From Eubacteriales bacterium (GTDB lineage: Bacteria; Bacillota; Clostridia; Oscillospirales; CAG-272), in assembly GCA_045645165.1 (NCBI GenBank), contig JAZRIF010000156.1:552-64551 (forward strand): DNA of 64,000 nucleotides, written 5' to 3'. The notes beneath the pieces are model-generated. The model searched no databases and was not told where the DNA came from. It saw only the letters and a list, made by a program, of their open reading frames with translations. The position numbers and the translations under genes were made by a program. Positions 54,653 to 63,782 of the stretch are shown in pieces (the first letter of the stretch is position 1; every line of letters starts with the position of its first letter).

Positions 54653-57600
54653 ATGGAAAGAAAGCAGATTATACAGAATTTTGCATCCCCCTCGGTCGCC
54701 TATCGCGGCAAGCCCTTCTGGTCCTGGAACGGCGAGCTTCGCGGGGAAGAATTGGTGCGCCAGGCTCACGTCATGAAGGAGATGGGGCTGGGCGGCTACT
54801 TCATGCACTCCCGCGCAGGTCTCATCACCGAGTACCTGGGGGATGAGTGGTTTGACCTCATCAACGAGGTGGCCGACGCCGCCGAGGAGGATGGCATGGA
54901 GGCATGGCTCTACGACGAGGACAGATGGCCCTCGGGTTCCGCAGGCGGTAAGGTTACCGTGGATCCGCAGTACCGTATGAAGTCCCTTTACGTTTTCGAG
55001 TCAGCCCCCGACAAAGTGGATTGGAACGATGAATCCTTCGCTCTCTATGTTGCCAAGCTGGACGGCCTCAATCTCTATACCTACAAGGAGCTGGACACCT
55101 TGTCCATCGCCTGCTGTAAGTGCGCCGCCCGCAAGGTCAAGGAGGCGATCGCTGAGCTAGACGCTACTGCCGCAAATGAGCCCGGTGTGTGGAAGGCTCT
55201 TCGCTTCGCCATCGTCCCCGATGCCCCCAGCTCAGGATATAACGGCACCACCTACATCGATACCATGAGCCGCAAGGCCACCGATAAGTTCATCGAGATG
55301 ACCCACGAGGAGTATGCCAAGCACTGCGGAGACCGCCTTGGTAAGAGCATCAAGGGCATCTTCACCGACGAGCCTCACCGCGGCCATTGCTTCGATAATC
55401 TTCGCGAAAACGATGGTGTCATGTCCTGCGCCATTGCATGGACTGACGACATTTTCGAGGAGTTTGAGACCCGCTACGGCTTTGCCTGCCGTCCCATCCT
55501 CCCCGAACTGTTCTACCGTAAGAACGGCGAGATCGTGGCCCCTGTCAAGCTCCACTACATCGATCTGGCCAACGCCCTCTTCCTGGAGCGTTTCGCCAAG
55601 CCTCTGAACGACTGGTGCAATGACCATGGCATCCAGTTCACGGGTCACGTTCTCCATGAGGACAGCCTCATGAACCAGACCGTCCCCAACGGCTCCCTCA
55701 TGCGCTTCTACGAGTACATGGGCTACCCTGGCGTGGATGTGTTGACTGAACACAGTCGTTGCTATTGGATCGTCAAACAACTGGCTTCAGCCACCCGTCA
55801 GTTGGGGAAGAAATGGCTGCTATCAGAGCTGTATGGCTGTACCGGATGGCAGTTCGACTTCAAGGCTCACAAGACCGTGGGTGACTGGCAGGCGCTATTT
55901 GGCATCAACCTCCGTTGCCAGCATCTGTCCTGGTACACCATGGAGGGCGAGTCCAAGCGCGACTACCCCGCCTCTATTCTCCATCAGTCTCCCTGGTACA
56001 AGGATTATGGCAAGGTAGAGGATTATTTCGCCCGCATGGGTTTAGTGCTCTCTGAAGGCAAGGCGGCCTGTGATGTCCTGCTTCTGAATCCCATTGAGTC
56101 AGTATGGTGCCAGGCTTATGTGGGTTGGGCATCCTGGATTTTCAATGTTTCTCCCGACGTGGTGCCTTATGAACATCGCTATGCTCAGCTTTTCCACTAT
56201 CTTACTGACCATCAGATTGACTTCGACTACGGCGAAGAAGAAATGATGTCCCGCATGGCCTCGGTTGACGCCGTGAACGGTACCCCCGTCCTCCGTGTCG
56301 GTCAGGCCACCTACAAGACCGTCATCGTCTCCAATATGCTCACCATCCGGCCTACTACCCTGGCCCTCCTCAAGGACTTCATGGACATCGGCGGTAAGGT
56401 CATCTTCTGCGGTGACGCTCCTACTTATGTCAACGCCATCGCCTCCGACGAGCCCGCCAAGCTGGCCGAGCAGGGAATCACCATCCCCTACGACGAGGAA
56501 ATCCTCGTGGCTACCATCCGCGAGAATGCCTGTGAGTTCGTCTCCATCACCAATGGCGAGGGTGAGGCCGAGAAGGCGGTCTTCGCTCAGGTGCGTAAGA
56601 ACTTCGGTGACGACGGTTACGCCGTTGTGGTACTGAACACAGATCGCGGTCAGCCCAGAGAGAATCTGACCCTGGCTATCAAGGCTACTGCCGGTTATGC
56701 CGTGGAGGAGTGGGATCTGGAGACAGGTGATCGCTATGACGCCTCTGCCCTTGCGGGTGAGGTCAGCGGTACCTACTACATCAGCATGGATCTGGAGGCC
56801 GCAGGCACCCGTTGCTTCGTCCTCACCAAGACCCCAGACGAGCTGCCCGCCGTCACCGAGTATGAGACGGTAGCATCCGAGACCCTGACGGGCGAGTTCC
56901 CCTACGCTGCCCACGAGCCCAACGTCTGCGTTCTTGACTGGTGCAAGTGGCGCTGGAAGGATGGGGAGTGGCACGACGAGGCTGAAGCTCTTTGGACAGA
57001 CAGACAGATCCGTTCGGACATTGGCATCGAGTGGCGCGGCGGCGGTATGCTCCAGCCCTGGTATGCTAAGCTCAACGATACCAAGAAGTACGGCGAGCTT
57101 CAGCTTTCCTACGAATTCTTCATTGACGAGATGCCCGAGTTCGACGTGATCCTGGCGGGTGAGCGCCCCGAGCTGAACCAGTACAAGATCAACGGCGTGG
57201 AGCTGCACAACGACGATATCAACGACTTCTGGGTAGACGACTGCTTTAAGAAGATGAAGATCCCTGCAGGTGCCCTCAAACTGGGCCGCAACGAGGTCAC
57301 CATCGACGTTACCTTCATGCGTACTACCAATGTCGAAGCGCTCTACCTTGTCGGTATCTTCGGCGTCAAGGTGGACGGCAAGAAGCGCACCATCGTGGGC
57401 ACCCCCGGCCTCATCGGCTGTGACAACTACGCCGCTTATAATATGCCCTTCTACACGGGTAACATGGAGTATATCCTCACCCCTGAGGATTTCGAGAACA
57501 TCCTGGGCGACGCCGCGAAGGATGCCGACCGTATCGTCCTGACTCCCAAGGAGTTCACGGGCAGTTGCGTCAAGGTCGTAGCCGCGGGCAAGACCACCGT

Positions 57601-57847
57601 CCTGGGCTGGGATCCCTACGAGGTCGACGTCACCGAGGCCTACAAGAACGGCTTGCCAATCAGCGTGATCGTAGAGGGCGTCCGTACCAACGTCTTTGGT
57701 CCTCTCCATGAGGTAGCCAAGCCCGCAGGCTCCTGTGGTCCCGAAAACTTTGTGACGGGCGGAGATCAGTGGACAGATAACTACAGCCTGCTCCGCAGCG
57801 GTTTGCGAGGCTTTGTTTTCAAAGCACAGAAAACTATGGCGAAATAA
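54653..57847 (+). CDS. Large intracellular glycoside hydrolase, GH106-like (alpha-L-rhamnosidase-type) by N-terminal motif
   Basis: 1064 aa with no signal peptide. The N-terminus YRGKPFWSWNGEL...MKEMGLGGYFMHSRAGL...WLYDEDRWPSGSAGG matches my recollection of the GH106-type N-terminal TIM-barrel signature. The family call is unverified. Confidence 0.5.
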   Translation: MERKQIIQNFASPSVAYRGKPFWSWNGELRGEELVRQAHVMKEMGLGGYFMHSRAGLITEYLGDEWFDLINEVADAAEEDGMEAWLYDEDRWPSGSAGGKVTVDPQYRMKSLYVFESAPDKVDWNDESFALYVAKLDGLNLYTYKELDTLSIACCKCAARKVKEAIAELDATAANEPGVWKALRFAIVPDAPSSGYNGTTYIDTMSRKATDKFIEMTHEEYAKHCGDRLGKSIKGIFTDEPHRGHCFDNLRENDGVMSCAIAWTDDIFEEFETRYGFACRPILPELFYRKNGEIVAPVKLHYIDLANALFLERFAKPLNDWCNDHGIQFTGHVLHEDSLMNQTVPNGSLMRFYEYMGYPGVDVLTEHSRCYWIVKQLASATRQLGKKWLLSELYGCTGWQFDFKAHKTVGDWQALFGINLRCQHLSWYTMEGESKRDYPASILHQSPWYKDYGKVEDYFARMGLVLSEGKAACDVLLLNPIESVWCQAYVGWASWIFNVSPDVVPYEHRYAQLFHYLTDHQIDFDYGEEEMMSRMASVDAVNGTPVLRVGQATYKTVIVSNMLTIRPTTLALLKDFMDIGGKVIFCGDAPTYVNAIASDEPAKLAEQGITIPYDEEILVATIRENACEFVSITNGEGEAEKAVFAQVRKNFGDDGYAVVVLNTDRGQPRENLTLAIKATAGYAVEEWDLETGDRYDASALAGEVSGTYYISMDLEAAGTRCFVLTKTPDELPAVTEYETVASETLTGEFPYAAHEPNVCVLDWCKWRWKDGEWHDEAEALWTDRQIRSDIGIEWRGGGMLQPWYAKLNDTKKYGELQLSYEFFIDEMPEFDVILAGERPELNQYKINGVELHNDDINDFWVDDCFKKMKIPAGALKLGRNEVTIDVTFMRTTNVEALYLVGIFGVKVDGKKRTIVGTPGLIGCDNYAAYNMPFYTGNMEYILTPEDFENILGDAAKDADRIVLTPKEFTGSCVKVVAAGKTTVLGWDPYEVDVTEAYKNGLPISVIVEGVRTNVFGPLHEVAKPAGSCGPENFVTGGDQWTDNYSLLRSGLRGFVFKAQKTMAK

Positions 57848-58105
57848 GAGGAGTATACTACTCAATAAGGAAACGATGTCAACACAAAGGATAATGATGT
57901 GACTGGCGTTATTTGTGGGGTAAATATTGACACAGTAATTATTCTGGTACTTGTCATCGTCAAATTGAAAAAGCAATAATGCATTCACTGACTTCGTGTT
58001 AGCCGGAGGATTCGTGAAGCTAACCTATCTCCTTTCTTATGGGAGCCGCTCCCCCGCCCGCAAGGGTGGGGGAGTTTGTCAAATATGCACCATTGGAGGT
58101 TAATC

Positions 58106-58321
58106 ATGCCCAAAACAGACCGTTTTCGCGCCCTCTACGTCCTGAAATACCTGTGGGAACATACCGACGAGGAGCACCCCGTAACGTTGGCACAGATTCA
58201 AACTCATCTCTCCGAGCCGGGGATAGGATGGCAATTTTTGACGCAATCCTCAAACACGCGGATGTACGGCTTGCCTGCTTTGCTCATGCAAGCGATGACT
58301 AGATCGGTATCGGTGATATAG
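58106..58321 (+). pseudogene. 5' fragment of a WYL-domain / HTH transcriptional regulator gene, disrupted after about 40 codons
   Basis: MPKTDRFRALYVLKYLWEHTDEEHPVTLAQIQTHLSEPGI is a typical N-terminal wHTH of WYL regulators, preceded by GGAGGT. From about 58226 onward the reading frame carries unrelated sequence and stops at 58321. Confidence 0.6.
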
Positions 58322-58389
58322 CCAAGACCTGAGATCTTGTCGATATCATCTCTTCGATACCGGGTAACACTGTAGACTACTTTTTTCAT
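58204..58389 (-). CDS. Short ORF, probably the 5' fragment of a lost gene, abutting the WYL fragment
   Basis: Strong AGGAGG RBS 7 nt before the ATG at 58389, and TTGACA-17-TAATGG upstream. Its 3' end runs into the WYL fragment on the opposite strand, so the true C-terminus is probably missing. Confidence 0.35.
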   Translation of the reverse strand: MKKVVYSVTRYRRDDIDKISGLGYITDTDLVIACMSKAGKPYIRVFEDCVKNCHPIPGSER

Positions 58390-58544
58390 TTTGGATTACC
58401 TCCTGATTTTTTATTTTGCCTTTCGGCAGAACCAGGGGAGCACTGTTCGGGTGAAGTCGTGTCCATTACGAATGCTGAATGAATCTGTCAACGCGAGGTA
58501 CAGTCCCTTACGAATACAAGAAAAAATATTGCATTTGGATACAG

Positions 58545-58575
58545 AAAAGGCCAAGTATTGCTACCTGGCCTTTTT
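58545..58575. terminator. Orphan bidirectional terminator-like hairpin
   Basis: AAAAGGCCA / TGGCCTTTT stem with a 12-nt loop. Confidence 0.4.
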
Positions 58576-58685
58576 GCTATTATTTCATTTTTCAGCGATA
58601 ATTTTTCACGTTGACTGATTCGAGAACTGTGCTAAACTGGTGACGACGAAAGGCTAAAAAATCGGGGATTATATAAATGAACAGA

Positions 58686-58714
58686 TTGACTAATTCATTG
58701 AGATCGTGTATAAT
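58686..58714 (+). promoter_or_regulatory. Near-consensus sigma-70 promoter for the orphan HNH-like gene
   Basis: TTGACT - 17 nt (ending in TG) - TATAAT. Confidence 0.7.
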
Positions 58715-58778
58715 GTAATCGAAATATGTAGATGGTCATGGAAATAGAGTATTCATAAAAATTTTAAGGAGAATTATC

Positions 58779-59594
58779 ATGAAATCTGTAAAACATCCAG
58801 GTCAATGTAAAATATGCGGACAGTTAAAGGAATTAACTGCGGAACACATCCCCCCTAAAAATGCCTTTAACTCTTCAAATGTGGTGGTTTTACCTTTTGA
58901 AGAGGTTATAAAAACCATGGCTGGGGAAGATGGAAGAATGCCATGGGATACACAAGGATTAAAAGGAACAGTTCAACAAGGTGGACACAAGAAATATTGC
59001 CTTTGTCGCGAATGCAATAACAATACTGGATCATGGTATATGAGGGAATATACTGATTTTGCCAAAACCGTCAATGCTATGATTCAGCAAGAAAGCCTAT
59101 CCGTTGGGAATTCGTATTCTTTTGTAATAAAAAACTTATACCCTTTACGTATTTACAAAGCAATGATGACTTTGATGTGTGATATAAATAATAATTGCTT
59201 TGGAGATGAGCTTCTTCGCCGGTTCCTTATGAACAGAGAAGAGAAGCGTATCAACACATCTAAGTATTCGCTATATATGTATTTTGTTTCTACACAAATG
59301 CCGCGAATTAGTGGTCTTTCGGGGATTGTAAATATAAATAACTTAGGAGAAAATGTATTAGTTTCTGAAATGTCATCGTATCCTATAGGTTTTGCACTTT
59401 ATCTGGATAAACCAACTAACTATACCCCTTTTGGAATAAACATAGATATGTTTGCTACATTTGATTATGATGCAAAATGTGATTTGCATTTCGGCGGTGT
59501 ACCGTATTTGGATATAAACAGTCAATTTCCAGCAGACTATCGTTCAAAAGACGACATTGTAAAATGTGCAGAGAATACAGTAAATTCAATGTAG
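58779..59594 (+). CDS. Orphan AT-rich gene: protein with an N-terminal HNH-like/zinc-ribbon signature and an unknown C-terminal domain
   Basis: CKICG-x9-EHIPPKNAFN...CLCRECNNNTG. This combines two CxxC pairs, an E-H dyad and Asn residues, resembling a beta-beta-alpha-Me finger. AAGGAG RBS. Codon usage and base composition are clearly AT-richer than in neighbouring genes. Confidence 0.6.
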   Translation: MKSVKHPGQCKICGQLKELTAEHIPPKNAFNSSNVVVLPFEEVIKTMAGEDGRMPWDTQGLKGTVQQGGHKKYCLCRECNNNTGSWYMREYTDFAKTVNAMIQQESLSVGNSYSFVIKNLYPLRIYKAMMTLMCDINNNCFGDELLRRFLMNREEKRINTSKYSLYMYFVSTQMPRISGLSGIVNINNLGENVLVSEMSSYPIGFALYLDKPTNYTPFGINIDMFATFDYDAKCDLHFGGVPYLDINSQFPADYRSKDDIVKCAENTVNSM

Positions 59595-59760
59595 AGCAAC
59601 TAAAAACAATGATCGTCAAAACTTGTGGTTTGTATATTTCCTGCCGCAATAATGGAATAATCTGATAATATCCTTGATTTAGAGACGAGTTTGAGGGTAA
59701 AGCTCTATAGTTTTCCTATGAGAGTTTTTCAGATTTCAAAAGCCAGTTAGTAGCGAAAAA

Positions 59761-59787
59761 GCGCGCAACTCATTTCGAACTGCGCGC
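59761..59787 (-). terminator. Intrinsic terminator for the minus-strand AraC gene
   Basis: GCGCGCA / TGCGCGC stem. On the minus strand it is followed directly by TTTTT. Confidence 0.6.
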
Positions 59788-59825
59788 CTACTTATTTTTT
59801 GCAAAGAAAAACCTGCATAAGCCGA

Positions 59826-59857
59826 GGTGTTCGACATATGCAGGTAATGGTGAGCCA
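59826..59857. repeat. Inverted copy of the GGTGTTCGACATAT...TAATGG...CCA motif (copy 3 of the repeat family)
   Basis: GGTGTTCGACATATGCAGGTAATGGTGAGCCA matches the reverse complement of 42943-42974 at 26 of 32 positions, counted by hand. Confidence 0.6.
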
Positions 59858-60007
59858 ACTTCAAACTAAATCGAATTTGATTTATACGCTTTCTACTGCA
59901 TTGCTATCACTTTCTATTACCCTGCTCAATAGCAACATAACAAATAATATCAAGAAATTACAGCTGAAAAATTGACTTGCTTGTTTTGCTCTTTTCAAAC
60001 ACATGAG

Positions 60008-61060
60008 CTAAGAAATGCGGTAAGCACTGGGTGTATGTCCCGTCTGCGCCATAAACGCCTTGTAAAAGGAGCTACAGCTCTCAAAGCCGACCTCCGTGCT
60101 GATGTCTGACACCGAAAGCTCGGTCTCCTTAAGGAGGCGGCAAGCCTCATTGATTTTAAGTCTACGCTGAATGGAGACGAAATTTGTTTGTGTCTGGGCT
60201 TTAATCAATCGGCTGACGTAGGACGGAGAATAATTGAATGCCTTGGCCACGCTCTGCAAGGTTGCCTCCTTATAGTGCTGCTTGAGGTAATTGAGTATGG
60301 AGGGAACCGCTGAATGCGGATAAAGGGGAAGGTTGTCCGAAGAGCCGTTCTGAGCCGCCGATCTTTCGGATAAAAGAGCGAAAAAGCTTTTCATCATCCA
60401 GACATAGGGCAGATCATCGGCATTGCAGTTTTTTTGACGGAGTTTTTCCAGTATCAGGAGCTGCAAGAGCTCGTGAGCCGCCTCGGGACAGTCGGTGCCC
60501 TTGATAAAATGGTACTTGGAAAGGTTGGAGCAGAAAAAACTATGGTAAAGAAATGACACAAGAGGGGATCTGTAATCATTCAGTAAGCTGCGATAGGTGA
60601 CCTCAAAGGAGGAGGCCTTCAGCAGTATATTGAAGAGCAAGCCGTCGCAACGGTTCATGCTGTGCTCGGTAAAGGGAGGGATCACACACAGATCCCCCGG
60701 ATTCATAGCCAGCACTCGTCCGTCAATGGTATGCTCCGCACGGCCGTCCAACAGATAGGACATTTCGAAAAATTCATGGGTGTGAAGAAACGGCGGCATA
60801 TGACGGACGTGATGGGACACGTAGATCTGACGGTTATCCTCCGGAAAGTAAAACTTTTCCAACAACAGATCCACAGGACGGGGGGTGATCTGCGGCAAAT
60901 ACATATTGTGCTGCTTTACATCCTCCATATCCGTGGATGCCAGAAAGCCGGACAGATCACCGCTTTGGACGGCTCTGTGGTATTGCTCATATATTTCCTC
61001 GCCGTACATATCGGGACGGGTTAATTCATAAAACTCGTCTTGATGATTATTTCGGAACAT
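60008..61060 (-). CDS. AraC-family transcriptional regulator
   Basis: C-terminal AraC HTH (VSDISTEVGFESCSSFYKAFMAQTGHTPSAYR). I prefer the ATG at 61060, which follows GGGGGAGGG. Confidence 0.85.
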   Translation of the reverse strand: MFRNNHQDEFYELTRPDMYGEEIYEQYHRAVQSGDLSGFLASTDMEDVKQHNMYLPQITPRPVDLLLEKFYFPEDNRQIYVSHHVRHMPPFLHTHEFFEMSYLLDGRAEHTIDGRVLAMNPGDLCVIPPFTEHSMNRCDGLLFNILLKASSFEVTYRSLLNDYRSPLVSFLYHSFFCSNLSKYHFIKGTDCPEAAHELLQLLILEKLRQKNCNADDLPYVWMMKSFFALLSERSAAQNGSSDNLPLYPHSAVPSILNYLKQHYKEATLQSVAKAFNYSPSYVSRLIKAQTQTNFVSIQRRLKINEACRLLKETELSVSDISTEVGFESCSSFYKAFMAQTGHTPSAYRIS

Positions 61061-61251
61061 AAAGGCCCTCCCCCGGTAATCAATATCCGTATACAGTATA
61101 GCACGGATGAAGCCCTCTGTCAATAATAATTGTTAGCCAATGTCAAAAAATGACACAATATTTGTCAACGGAGAGCATTGCAATCAGCGTAGGTAAATAA
61201 TATAATAAAACTGTCATTTCCAAGTATTCATCACCCATATCGGAGGACGCT

Positions 61252-63732
61252 ATGTACGCAGACAATATTTTTTCTGATGACCCCACCGTCGTGCAAATGT
61301 ACATCGATGGAGCAACAAATCCGATCCCCGTGGAGATCCCTAAGTCAAAGAGAGGGATCGGACTTCGGGTGCAGGTAAATGCCCCTTTTTCGGGGGTCCG
61401 CATGGGCTTCCCCACCTGGGGCACCGCGGGCACCTACTGCACTCTTTCGGTCTATCGTTGGGATACCGATTACCGGACCACTATTGCCGCAGAGCCTCTG
61501 CTCGACCTGCACATTACCGATATTCAGGACTGCGCTTTTCGGGACATCCCCTTTGGCCGTCAGTTCGCACCGGGCGAATACCTGCTCATGGTACACAGCG
61601 GCGGAGGCCCCGACGGCAAGCTGCCGGGAGTCTGGCGTTTTACGTCGAACATCAGCTGCGGTCAGATGTATAAAAGCGGAAAGAAATCCGAAGGCGAGGT
61701 GCAACTCTGGATGATGTTCGATAAGACCCCCATCATCCCCTTCGGCTCCATGGATGCCCTGTATACCAACGAGGCGTCGGCAACAGAGAAATCCGATGCT
61801 GTCGCCGCCTATCGCGCCTTGATTCGGAATCTGTCCGCCTTCCCGACCTCCTTTAAGATCGGGGACACCCAATACCACGGCTTCGGCAAGGACTTCAAGG
61901 TACTGGATCGCAACGTGGAGACCGGCGATCTCTCCGAAACCACCACCATCCGATTTGGATATCAGGATACGTTGGAGATCCTTCTGGTCGCTACCCTGTA
62001 CCCCGAATACGCCGCCTACGAATGGACGCTCTACTTTACCAACGTAGGTACCGAGAATTCTCCCACCATATCCGAGATCAACGGTTGTGACTATACCATT
62101 CGTGCCGACAATCCCCATCTGCGGGGTATATACGGAGACGGCGGCTACGACGGTATAGCCAATATGCCCTACGATATCAACATATCGGGCATGAACATGG
62201 AGATCAATAACGAGACGGGACGAAGTACCTATGGCCGATTCCCCTACTTCCAGGTGACCCATAACAGCGGCGGCGTGTTCTTCGCGGTGGGCTGGCCGGG
62301 TCAGTGGCGTGCGGGCTTTGACTCCCGGAACGGAAACCTACGCGTGTATGACGGCCAGGTCAAGCTGGATACCTACCTGCGCCCGGGTCAGACCATACGG
62401 ACGCCTCTCTCCAGCTTCTTGTTCTATAATGGAAGCGACAATGACCGTGCCACCAATCTTTGGAGAAAATTCTACATTGACTGCAATATGCGGAAACCCG
62501 GTGGAGAGACCTTTGAACCGGCCGTGGCGGCGGTCACCTCCTGGATGTATGGTGAAATGGTGGGCGCGAATGAAGCGAATCAGATCGACGCTATCAAGAC
62601 TTACCACGATAACGGCATTGCCCTGGACTATTTCTGGATGGATGCCGGCTGGTATTACAAGACGGGAACCCAATCCTTGGACGTTTGGCTGCCTACGGGC
62701 ACGTGGTACGTAGATGAATCCCGTTTCCCGACCAAGTTCAAGGCTATTTCGGATTATGCCCACAGCAAGGGAACCAAGACCATTCTGTGGTTTGAGCCCG
62801 AGGTGGTGCGTCTGGATCCCGCCCTGTTCGGAGAGACCAGCGTCCGCAAGGAGTGGTTACTCCCCAACAGCGCCACCAAGCTGATCGATTACGGCAATCC
62901 CGAGGCTCGAGAGTGGCTGCTCAACCGTGTTTGTACCATTCTGGAGGAGGGTGACATCGACCTCTACCGCCAGGATTACGGTGTTGCTTCTCCCGCCTCC
63001 GAGTGGCAGTCCAACGACCCCGCGGGGCAAATCGGTATCACCGAGAATCTCTACGTGCAGGGCTACCTCTGGTTCCTGGACGGCATTATTGCCAGATTCC
63101 CCGACATGATGATCGACTCCTGCGCGGCGGGCGGCGGTCGTAACGATCTGGAGACCATGCGCCGTGCAGTGCCTCTCCATAAGAGCGACAGTGCCTATTC
63201 GGAGCATGATATCAAGCAGAGCATGAACGCATCCCTGTTCGCCTGGCTCCCCTACTTCGGTACCGTTGTGGATGGACCTGCTACTTGCAACCGTGTGGAT
63301 CGCTACGGGCTGCGCTCCTCCTTCTGCAGCTTCCCCGTACTTGAATACAATCTGAACTCGTCGGAGCTGGATTGGCAGACCGCGAAGGCCTGTGTCGACG
63401 AATGGGAGCAGATCAAGGACTTCTACGACGACGATTACTATTTGCTGTCCGAATGGAATCGCTCGGATAGCGAGTGGACGGCCTGGGAATTCTACGACCC
63501 TGTAAGCGGGAAGGGATTTTTCGAGGTGTTCCGCCCCGCGAAAGCGGCTGACAGCAGCTTTACCGTTCAGCTGAAGGGCCTGAAGAATTCCGCCTCCTAC
63601 AAGCTGACCGACACCGAAGGCCGCTTTGAGGTCACTGTCTCGGGCTCCGAGTTGAAAAAGGCAGGCTACACGATTACGCTGGCAGAGGCGTACAGCAGCG
63701 CCGTGGTGCTGATCGAGGAAGTACCCTCCTGA
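61252..63732 (+). CDS. Clan GH-D (GH36-like) alpha-galactosidase-family glycoside hydrolase, cytoplasmic
   Basis: Motifs DYFWMDAGWY, LYRQDYG and IDSCAAGGGRND resemble the GH36 DDGW / KWD / CxGGGGRxD signatures. 826 aa, no signal peptide. Confidence 0.6.
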   Translation: MYADNIFSDDPTVVQMYIDGATNPIPVEIPKSKRGIGLRVQVNAPFSGVRMGFPTWGTAGTYCTLSVYRWDTDYRTTIAAEPLLDLHITDIQDCAFRDIPFGRQFAPGEYLLMVHSGGGPDGKLPGVWRFTSNISCGQMYKSGKKSEGEVQLWMMFDKTPIIPFGSMDALYTNEASATEKSDAVAAYRALIRNLSAFPTSFKIGDTQYHGFGKDFKVLDRNVETGDLSETTTIRFGYQDTLEILLVATLYPEYAAYEWTLYFTNVGTENSPTISEINGCDYTIRADNPHLRGIYGDGGYDGIANMPYDINISGMNMEINNETGRSTYGRFPYFQVTHNSGGVFFAVGWPGQWRAGFDSRNGNLRVYDGQVKLDTYLRPGQTIRTPLSSFLFYNGSDNDRATNLWRKFYIDCNMRKPGGETFEPAVAAVTSWMYGEMVGANEANQIDAIKTYHDNGIALDYFWMDAGWYYKTGTQSLDVWLPTGTWYVDESRFPTKFKAISDYAHSKGTKTILWFEPEVVRLDPALFGETSVRKEWLLPNSATKLIDYGNPEAREWLLNRVCTILEEGDIDLYRQDYGVASPASEWQSNDPAGQIGITENLYVQGYLWFLDGIIARFPDMMIDSCAAGGGRNDLETMRRAVPLHKSDSAYSEHDIKQSMNASLFAWLPYFGTVVDGPATCNRVDRYGLRSSFCSFPVLEYNLNSSELDWQTAKACVDEWEQIKDFYDDDYYLLSEWNRSDSEWTAWEFYDPVSGKGFFEVFRPAKAADSSFTVQLKGLKNSASYKLTDTEGRFEVTVSGSELKKAGYTITLAEAYSSAVVLIEEVPS

Positions 63733-63782
63733 CAGAACTTCACGGGCAGCTTGCTGACGTAGAATTATCGAAGCGAATCATT

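Larger units (their letters stand above)
42943..59857. mobile_element. Hypothetical genomic island delimited by inverted copies of the 32-nt motif (very tentative)
   Basis: Inverted motif copies lie at 42943-42974 and 59826-59857. Inside are a recombinase remnant, a long palindrome, the glycan locus, a broken WYL gene and an AT-rich orphan gene. Related hairpin units also occur outside these bounds, which weakens the boundary argument. Confidence 0.2.
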
